A stretch of DNA of 64,000 nucleotides from NCBI GenBank assembly GCA_051252135.1, contig JBPOGH010000001.1, positions 608,001-672,000 on the forward strand. The letters are read 5' to 3'. The stretch comes from Verrucomicrobiaceae bacterium. Lineage in GTDB: Bacteria > Verrucomicrobiota > Verrucomicrobiia > Verrucomicrobiales > Akkermansiaceae. Position numbers and translations under genes: made by a program. The notes under the pieces were generated by a model. It was not told the origin of the DNA and made no database searches. It saw nothing but the letters and a program-made list of their open reading frames with translations. Below, in pieces: positions 57,293-64,000 of this stretch. The stretch's first letter is position 1; each line of letters opens with the position of its first letter.

Positions 57293-58843
57293 ATGTCATT
57301 CGATACCTTCTCCAACAACCTCCTCCGCTACCCCGATCTCCGCTTCAGCATCGACTTCTCCCGCATGGAAATCCCGGCGGACTTCAACGAGTCGATGAGC
57401 GACAAGATCGCCCGCGCCCTCTCCGACCTCCAAAAGCTCGAAGCCGGAGGCATCGCCAACCCCGACGAAGGACGCATGGTCGGCCACTACTGGCTCCGCA
57501 ACCCCGACCTCGCTCCCAACGACGAAATCCGCGCGCAAATCACCGAGCCTCTCAAGGACCTCAAAAAATTCGCCTCCAAGGTCCACTCCGGCGAAATCTC
57601 CTCCCCCACCGGCGGACGCTTCAAAAACATCCTCATCATCGGCATCGGCGGCTCCGCCCTCGGCCCCCAACTCATCGAACAAGCCCTCGGCGGCAAATCC
57701 CCGGTAAAAACCTGGTTCTTCGATAACACCGACCCCGCCGGCATCGACTCCGATCTCAAAGCCATCGGCTCCGACCTCTCAAACTCTCTCGCCGTCGTCA
57801 TCTCCAAATCCGGCGGCACCCCCGAAACCCGCAACGGCATGCTCGAGGTCAAAAATGCCTACGAGGACGCCGGACTCGACTTCGCCAAGCACGCCATCGC
57901 CATCACCGGCGAAGGCTCCAAGCTCTACAATTTCGCCCAGGAAGAAGGCTTCATCACCACCTTCCCCATGGAAGATTGGGTCGGCGGCCGCACCTCCGTC
58001 CTCTCCACCGTCGGCCTCGTCCCCATGGCCCTCCAGGGCATCGATCTCGACGCCATGCTCGAAGGAGCCAAAAAGATGGACCAGAAAACCCGAAGCGCCG
58101 ACGTCACCACCAACGCCGCCCTCCGCATGGCCCTCGCCTGGTATCACGAAGGTAACGGCAAAGGCGAAAAAGACCTCGTCATCCTTCCCTACAAGGACTC
58201 CCTCGTCCTCTTCTCCAAATACCTCCAGCAACTCATCATGGAGTCGCTCGGTAAGGCCGAGGACCTCGATGGCAACACCGTCAACCAGGGCCTCGCCGTC
58301 TACGGAAACAAGGGCTCCACCGACCAACACGCCTACGTCCAGCAACTCCGCGACGGCCTCCATAACTTCTTCGCCACCTTCATCGAAGTCCGTAAAGGAC
58401 GGGAAGGAGACTCCATCACCGTCGATGGCGTGAACACCTCCGCCGACTACCTCCAGGGCTTCCTCCGCGGCACCCGCGACGCCCTCTTTGAAAATGGCCG
58501 GCACTCCATCACCATTTCCATCTTCGAGGTCAACGCCCACACCCTCGGCCAGCTCATCGCCCTCTTCGAGCGCGCCGTCACCTTCTACGCCTCCCTCGTC
58601 AATATCAACGCCTACCACCAACCCGGCGTCGAAGCAGGCAAGGCCGCTGCCGGCATCTTCCTCGATGTCCTCAACGAAGTCCGCGGCCACCTCACCGCCG
58701 AGAAAAAAGACGCCGAGCAACTCGCCTTCGAGTGCAATGCCGATGTCGAAAGCGTCTACCACGCCGCCGTCCACCTCTCCTGCAACGGAGAAGTCCAACA
58801 CGCCCTCGGCGCCAACCCCAAGGAAGACACCTTCTCCCTCTAA
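57293..58843 (+). CDS. pgi: Glucose-6-phosphate isomerase
   Basis: IGIGGSALGP, SKSGGTPET, VGGRTS, QQLIMESLGK, DQHAY, QPGVEAGK. Confidence 0.96.
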   Translation: MSFDTFSNNLLRYPDLRFSIDFSRMEIPADFNESMSDKIARALSDLQKLEAGGIANPDEGRMVGHYWLRNPDLAPNDEIRAQITEPLKDLKKFASKVHSGEISSPTGGRFKNILIIGIGGSALGPQLIEQALGGKSPVKTWFFDNTDPAGIDSDLKAIGSDLSNSLAVVISKSGGTPETRNGMLEVKNAYEDAGLDFAKHAIAITGEGSKLYNFAQEEGFITTFPMEDWVGGRTSVLSTVGLVPMALQGIDLDAMLEGAKKMDQKTRSADVTTNAALRMALAWYHEGNGKGEKDLVILPYKDSLVLFSKYLQQLIMESLGKAEDLDGNTVNQGLAVYGNKGSTDQHAYVQQLRDGLHNFFATFIEVRKGREGDSITVDGVNTSADYLQGFLRGTRDALFENGRHSITISIFEVNAHTLGQLIALFERAVTFYASLVNINAYHQPGVEAGKAAAGIFLDVLNEVRGHLTAEKKDAEQLAFECNADVESVYHAAVHLSCNGEVQHALGANPKEDTFSL

Positions 58844-58861
58844 ACCGAATCAACTTCCACC

Positions 58862-58911
58862 AAAGCCTGCTTCCTCACTCCGACATCGGAGGCGGAGAAG
58901 CAGGTTTTTTT
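58862..58911 (+). terminator. Rho-independent terminator after pgi
   Basis: cctgcttc...gaagcagg outer stem, inner ctccga/tcggag, followed by T run. Confidence 0.85.
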
Positions 58912-58931
58912 GTTCCACTGAAGGCCCCTCC

Positions 58932-59636
58932 CTACTCCCCAACCCTGCGCATCACAAACTCAACCGGATTCTCAGCATCAGGGTGATGGAGTTCCTCGGG
59001 ATTGGTTGGATTAAAATTAAATACAGGCGGAACCTTCCACACGGTTTCGTACCCCTCTATCACAATGTCGCGCAGATCAATCGAAGCCCCCACCTCTTCA
59101 TGAATTTGAAATCGTCCGGACTCGTCTGTCGTAGTATTGTTTGCCTTCGTCGTATCCCACCTATTCCCAGCCCTCATCACCTCTGCAATCGATACTCGAA
59201 AAGCAGGGATTTCTGTTTTTACGGAAGCCCCCGGCAAAGGTCGCCCCTCCGTATCAACTACCTTCCCATAAAACTCAATGCTCCCGTTTCTCGACACCTT
59301 GCTCCGATGATGAAGCACCGAATAGAGCCACTGACTCCAAGGCGCGTCATCGGGTTTCGCCTCGATCTCATCTTGAGTGAATCTAAACCCCCCTCCGATT
59401 TCAGCCTCAACCTCTTCCATCGTAAAGTCTCTTCCCCCGTCAGCGTTATCGTCTTCCTCCGCCCTGTTCCGCACGACATCTTCCAACGAAGAAGCCCCCC
59501 CTTCCCTGCCCTCACGGCCACCAGCGTCATCTCCGTGCAATTCGTTCAAATAGACTTTCTCAAACAGCAGGGGAAAAAGTGAAAACACCACCCCGGAAAG
59601 AATCACGACCGATCCCACAAATAAAAATTTCCTCAT
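58932..59636 (-). CDS. Hypothetical membrane-anchored protein with carboxypeptidase-regulatory-like domain
   Basis: N-terminal TM; FYGKVVDTEGRPLPGASV and TTDESGRF motifs. Confidence 0.7.
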   Translation of the reverse strand: MRKFLFVGSVVILSGVVFSLFPLLFEKVYLNELHGDDAGGREGREGGASSLEDVVRNRAEEDDNADGGRDFTMEEVEAEIGGGFRFTQDEIEAKPDDAPWSQWLYSVLHHRSKVSRNGSIEFYGKVVDTEGRPLPGASVKTEIPAFRVSIAEVMRAGNRWDTTKANNTTTDESGRFQIHEEVGASIDLRDIVIEGYETVWKVPPVFNFNPTNPEELHHPDAENPVEFVMRRVGE

Positions 59637-59751
59637 ATCACTAACATATATAATCTATCCCACCTCAAAAGCCACCTTCAATGGAATTCCCCGGAACTGA
59701 ACACCCAAATCGCCCCCTTTTTCATCAAGCAATCTTCCAGCCCTAAGGGTG

Positions 59752-60252
59752 TTACTTTGGGTCTGTGCGGCTGGTCACATGCCGGTGAATGTCGCTGGTG
59801 AGCGTCTCGATCCGCTGGCCCAGCTGATTCGTCAACTCGGTCAGCTCCGTATTCTTTTCCATCAACTCCACAATCAGGGACAATTGCTTCGCATTCGCTC
59901 CAGCCAACTCTTCCCGATGCAGCGCATCACTCTCGACTCCCGCCTTATCCCGGTCGGCCTGTCGCGTCTGCGCCAATAGAATCAGCGGTGCCGCATACGC
60001 CGCCTGCAAACTGAACGCCAGGTTCAGCAGGATAAACGGATAGAGGTCAAAATGAACCAGCCCCGTCGCATTGATGATAATCCAAACAGCGACCACCATC
60101 GTCTGAGCGATCAGGAAAGTCGGCGTCCCAAAGAATCGCGCAAACGCCTCCGCTCGTGCGCCAAAGGCGCTCGATCCGAAAACGGGAGACATGCTTTTGC
60201 TTCCCAAATGGAAGCGAAGATGGTGTTTGGCCTTTACCTCGGGTTCATTCAT
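59752..60252 (-). CDS. DUF1003 membrane protein
   Basis: FDLYPFILLNLAFSLQAAYAAPLILLAQTRQ signature; start taken at ATG 60252. Confidence 0.9.
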   Translation of the reverse strand: MNEPEVKAKHHLRFHLGSKSMSPVFGSSAFGARAEAFARFFGTPTFLIAQTMVVAVWIIINATGLVHFDLYPFILLNLAFSLQAAYAAPLILLAQTRQADRDKAGVESDALHREELAGANAKQLSLIVELMEKNTELTELTNQLGQRIETLTSDIHRHVTSRTDPK

Positions 60253-60290
60253 AACTCGTGATCTTTCGTTGATTTCCCCTCCCAAATCAA

Positions 60291-60381
60291 ACAGGAAGTA
60301 GCAGAGATGAAAGGAGCTCTTTCAAAGGCTAAAAAGAAAAACTCCCAAGCCCATCACCTCTGCTCTCTCTGTGGTTAAAAA
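60291..60381. repeat. Imperfect intergenic inverted repeat (REP-like)
   Basis: acag...agcagag (60291-60306) pairs with ctctgct...ctgt (60358-60372), ending ggttaaaaa. Confidence 0.5.
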
Positions 60382-60408
60382 TTCTCCCCGCCCCCCAAAC
60401 TCACCCCC

Positions 60409-63400
60409 CTACCCCAGCCGCACCTTCTTCCCCGGCGGGAGCTCAGATGCACCAGCATCTTCCCTGTGCCTCCCGGTCTTCCCAAAGACATCTTCAAGAA
60501 CCAAGTAAAGGCACGGCAACAAAATCAAGGTAATCGCCGTCGCAAACAAAATCCCGAAGCCCAAAGACACCGCCATCGGGATCAAAAACTTCGCCTGCAT
60601 GTCCGTCTCCAGCAGCATCGGCATCAGCCCCGCAAAGGTCGTCAGCGAGGTCAGCAGGATCGGCCTAAATCGCCGCGCCCCTGCATTCATTGCCGCTTGC
60701 AGAATACTCGGAGCATCCTTCCGGTGACGATTCACATAATCCACCAGCACCAGACTGTCATTCACCACCACCCCGGCCAGCGCCACAATCCCGCAAAGCG
60801 ACATAATGCTCAGGTTCATTCCCATAAAAATGTGACCCGCAATCGCTCCCACCAACCCAAAGGGAATGATCGACATCACAATCAAGGGCTGCACGTAGCT
60901 CTTCAGCGGAATCGCCATCAGCACATACATCAGCATCAGGGCTCCCACAAAACCGATCATCATCTCGCGAATACTGTCCCGCTGATCACTCTGCTCCCCC
61001 TCAAAGGTATACCGCACCCCCGGAAACTTCGTCCCCAGCTCATCCAACACCTCCTCGGTGTAGCGCGCCACAATCTCGTTCGAATTGTAGCCCCCGGCCA
61101 AATCAACATCCCCTCGCACACTGATCGTCCGGAACCGGTCCACCCGCGTGATCGTCGCCGGACCACGACCGTAATCGGGCTCCAGCACCTCCAGAATCGG
61201 CACCTCGCTCCCTGACGGAGTCCGCAGCTTCATCTCCTCAAAGTTCGCCAGCGACTTCCTCTCACTCTCGGGATAACGCACCATCACTTTCACTTCGTCA
61301 CGTCCCCGCTGGAGCCGTTGCACCTCGTTTCCGTAAAACGCATCCCGCACCTGCCCCATCACCGACATCAAATCCAGCCCCAGCGCTTTCCCCCTCGGAG
61401 TGAGCTCGCGCACGATCAATTCCTCCCGACCCCGACGATCGGAATTCGACACTTCGATCACCCCCTCGTAGTCATACTTCAATCGCTCGGTCGCCCATTC
61501 CGCAGCCTCCTCCAGCTGCTTGCTGTCCGAGCTCGTCAAATTGAGATCAATCGCATTCCCGCCACCCGCTGTTTCCGATTTGATTTGAAGGGACACCAGC
61601 CCCGGAATCTCTCCCAGAAGCTCCTGCCACTTCACCTTGATCTCGGCCGAGGAAATATCGCGATCCTTCGCCGGAGTCAGCTCCAGCGTCACCTCGCCCA
61701 GATGGGTCCCCGTCGCCGGACCGCCCGGAGCAAAGCCCGCCCCTTGGAACGGCTGCATCCCCGCCGTCGCCAGCGCATTCACCACCACCGACTCTCCGTT
61801 CTTGTCCTTCAGCTCCGCACCCAATTTGAGAGCCGCCTCTTCAAGACGACGCACCACTTCCTGCGTATCCTGAAAGGGCGCCCCCAAGGGCATCTCCAGT
61901 TTTGCCGAGAGAATCTCACCCTCCACTTTCGGGAAAAACTCAAACGGAACCCACCCCGTCACCGAGAGGCTCAACGCAAGGATCACCAACGCCCCAAACG
62001 CTCCCAAAACAATGTAGCGGAACGTCAGACACACCTTCAAAAAGGGCGTGTAAATCGTCTCTACAAACGTCTCCAGCCCCGAGGAAATCGCATGCTGTAA
62101 TTTCGATAGCGGATTCCTCTTCGGAGCACTCGATGTCGGCTTCAACAAAGCCAGATGCGCCGGAAGAACAAACTTCGATTGCACCAGCGAAAACGCCAGC
62201 ACCGGAATCACCACCAGCGGAATGTTCGGCCAAATTTTTCCACTCACCCCGCTCAACCCCAACATCGGAGTAAACGCCGCCATCGTCGTCAGCACCCCAA
62301 AAATCACCACCACGCCCACTTCATGCGTCCCCTTCCAGCTCGCCTCCCGCGGATGCTCTCCCCCCTGAATCCGGGTATAAACATTCTCACCCACCACAAT
62401 CGCGTCATCCACCACAATCCCCAGCACCAGAATAAAGGCAAAAGCCGAGATCATGTTAATCGAAATATCGAACTGCGGCATCAGCCAAATCCCCCCCGCA
62501 AAGGACACCGGAATCCCCAAGGCCACCAGCAGCGCCAGACTCGGTCGCAGAAACAGCGCCAACACAATCAGCACCAAAAGAAGCCCCCATCCCATATTGC
62601 GCTTCAGCAAATCCAAACGCCCCTCCAGCATCAGACTCGTATCATTCCACACACTGATCTCCACCCCGGGCGGTCGCTCCAGATTTTCCAGATAATCTTT
62701 TGCCAGCGCCGCCACCGTCAGCGTGTCCTGCTCACCCACGCGGAAGACATGCAGCACCACCGCATTCCGCCCGTTGAAAGTCGAGGTCAGCTCCACATCT
62801 TCAAACCCGTCGATCACGGTCGCCACTTCATCCAGACGCACTTCCGATCCATCCGGCAGCGTCTTCACCACCACCGTCCGAAAATCCTCCCCGCGATACC
62901 TCTTCCCGATCGCCCGCACCACAATCTCACCCGACCCGGTTTTTACCGAACCGCTGGGCAGATCCAGCGACGTCCGCCGCACCGCCTCCGCCACTTCACC
63001 AAGCGTCAGTCCAAACTCCCTCAGCTTGTCCTCGGGCACTTCAATCGAAATCTCAAAGGGCCGCACCGAGGCCAGCTCCACCTTCTTGATCTCAGGTGTC
63101 CCTTTCAGAAATCGCGAAATCTTGTTGGAAATCCCCTCCGCCTCCGGAGCCTCGTAGTTCAACAAGCCATCCCTGATTTTTTCCGCAAAGGCACGCAAGC
63201 TCTCCTCATCGGTGTCCGCACTGATCGCCACACTCAGAATCTGCCGGTTCACAATGAGCTCCTCCAGAATCGGCCGCTCCGCATTCTCCGCAAAGTTGTC
63301 GATCGCGTCGACGTTCGTCTTCACGTCGTCCATCACGTTCCGCGTCTCGTAACCCGTATCCACCTGGATCGTCACCGCCCCAAAGTTGCGACTCGCATTG

Positions 63401-63648
63401 GAGGTCACCTTCTTGATCCCTTCAACATCCGCAATCGCCTCCTCAATCGGAATGATCACTCCATTCGTCACTTCGTCCGGCGTCGCATTCGGATAAGGAA
63501 CCTGCACCACCACCGCATCAAAGGAGGTCTCGGGAAAAATCTCCTTCCGCAGCTGAAACCAGGTCGTAAACCCGGCCACCACCACCGCCAGCATCAGAAA
63601 GTTCGCCGCAACATGATTGCCGCTGAACCATTTAATAATCTTCTCCAT
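60409..63648 (-). CDS. RND efflux transporter permease (AcrB/AcrD/AcrF family)
   Basis: GIVVDDAIVVGEN, GVVVNDSLVL, RFRPILLTSLTT; 1079 aa. Confidence 0.95.
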   Translation of the reverse strand: MEKIIKWFSGNHVAANFLMLAVVVAGFTTWFQLRKEIFPETSFDAVVVQVPYPNATPDEVTNGVIIPIEEAIADVEGIKKVTSNASRNFGAVTIQVDTGYETRNVMDDVKTNVDAIDNFAENAERPILEELIVNRQILSVAISADTDEESLRAFAEKIRDGLLNYEAPEAEGISNKISRFLKGTPEIKKVELASVRPFEISIEVPEDKLREFGLTLGEVAEAVRRTSLDLPSGSVKTGSGEIVVRAIGKRYRGEDFRTVVVKTLPDGSEVRLDEVATVIDGFEDVELTSTFNGRNAVVLHVFRVGEQDTLTVAALAKDYLENLERPPGVEISVWNDTSLMLEGRLDLLKRNMGWGLLLVLIVLALFLRPSLALLVALGIPVSFAGGIWLMPQFDISINMISAFAFILVLGIVVDDAIVVGENVYTRIQGGEHPREASWKGTHEVGVVVIFGVLTTMAAFTPMLGLSGVSGKIWPNIPLVVIPVLAFSLVQSKFVLPAHLALLKPTSSAPKRNPLSKLQHAISSGLETFVETIYTPFLKVCLTFRYIVLGAFGALVILALSLSVTGWVPFEFFPKVEGEILSAKLEMPLGAPFQDTQEVVRRLEEAALKLGAELKDKNGESVVVNALATAGMQPFQGAGFAPGGPATGTHLGEVTLELTPAKDRDISSAEIKVKWQELLGEIPGLVSLQIKSETAGGGNAIDLNLTSSDSKQLEEAAEWATERLKYDYEGVIEVSNSDRRGREELIVRELTPRGKALGLDLMSVMGQVRDAFYGNEVQRLQRGRDEVKVMVRYPESERKSLANFEEMKLRTPSGSEVPILEVLEPDYGRGPATITRVDRFRTISVRGDVDLAGGYNSNEIVARYTEEVLDELGTKFPGVRYTFEGEQSDQRDSIREMMIGFVGALMLMYVLMAIPLKSYVQPLIVMSIIPFGLVGAIAGHIFMGMNLSIMSLCGIVALAGVVVNDSLVLVDYVNRHRKDAPSILQAAMNAGARRFRPILLTSLTTFAGLMPMLLETDMQAKFLIPMAVSLGFGILFATAITLILLPCLYLVLEDVFGKTGRHREDAGASELPPGKKVRLG

Positions 63649-63651
63649 GGC

Positions 63652-63999
63652 TTACTCGGTGGGTTCGGCTACCTCCAATGTCATGCCCTCAACCGGCATC
63701 TCCATTTTTGTCATGATCACCCGCTCCCCGTCCTCCACCCCCCCCGTGACATAAACGGAATCCGCATTGCTCCGCACAATCGTCAGGGTTCGAAATTCCA
63801 GCTGCCCCTCGTCGTTCACCACCGCAATCCGGTCCCGCCCGCGCACCGCACTCCGTGGAATCTCGATCACCCCGTCCAAACTCACTCCGGATACCCGGGC
63901 CTGCAAAAACATCCCCGGCGGCGGGAGCCGGAATTGCTCCGGCGCCTCCTCGTTTTCCAAAATCTCCGCAATGATGTAGGCCGATAGCGACGCCCGGTC
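63652..63999 (-). CDS. RND efflux periplasmic adaptor (5'-truncated by window edge)
   Basis: PGMFLQA...IPRSAV...VTGGVEDGERVI; directly upstream of the permease. Confidence 0.85.
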   Translation of the reverse strand, partial: DRASLSAYIIAEILENEEAPEQFRLPPPGMFLQARVSGVSLDGVIEIPRSAVRGRDRIAVVNDEGQLEFRTLTIVRSNADSVYVTGGVEDGERVIMTKMEMPVEGMTLEVAEPTE

Positions 64000-64000
64000 G

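Noticed and set aside
33000..64000. Long Pro/His/Arg-rich plus-strand ORFs (e.g. 37006-38352, 62155-63987)
   Set aside because: Antisense shadows of real minus-strand genes caused by strong C skew.

Overview
Gene-dense bacterial DNA, inferred to be from a PVC-superphylum organism (most likely Verrucomicrobia) from its PEP-CTERM proteins, PVC-type heme protein, lamin-tail/CotH proteins and sulfatases. Layout: (1) 1-16.6 kb, exported surface proteins: two PEP-CTERM genes, an FG-GAP/ASPIC-UnbV/thioredoxin/TPR gene split by one in-frame TGA, a discoidin-like protein, a CotH kinase-like protein, an M12-like metalloprotease; (2) 16.8-31.1 kb, a complete minus-strand type IV pilus cluster (pilMN-O-P-Q-B-C-T, major pilin, four minor pilins, pilD) with atypical base skew; (3) 31.5-51.7 kb, sulfatases, a PVC heme-protein operon, a trypsin-like protease with two repeat-protein partners, LamG and CotH proteins; (4) 52-64 kb, heme biosynthesis, apt, GxxExxY, pgi, DUF1003, RND efflux. 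Best leads: a probable recoded UGA (selenocysteine candidate) at 3450-3452 with a SECIS-like hairpin 11 nt downstream, and a shared C-terminal SxDLxxW...F(Y/F)R(V/I) domain on seven exported proteins that seems interchangeable with PEP-CTERM, suggesting a second sorting route. All family calls are motif recognition by eye; no searches were run. No rRNA, tRNA, CRISPR array or transposase was seen.
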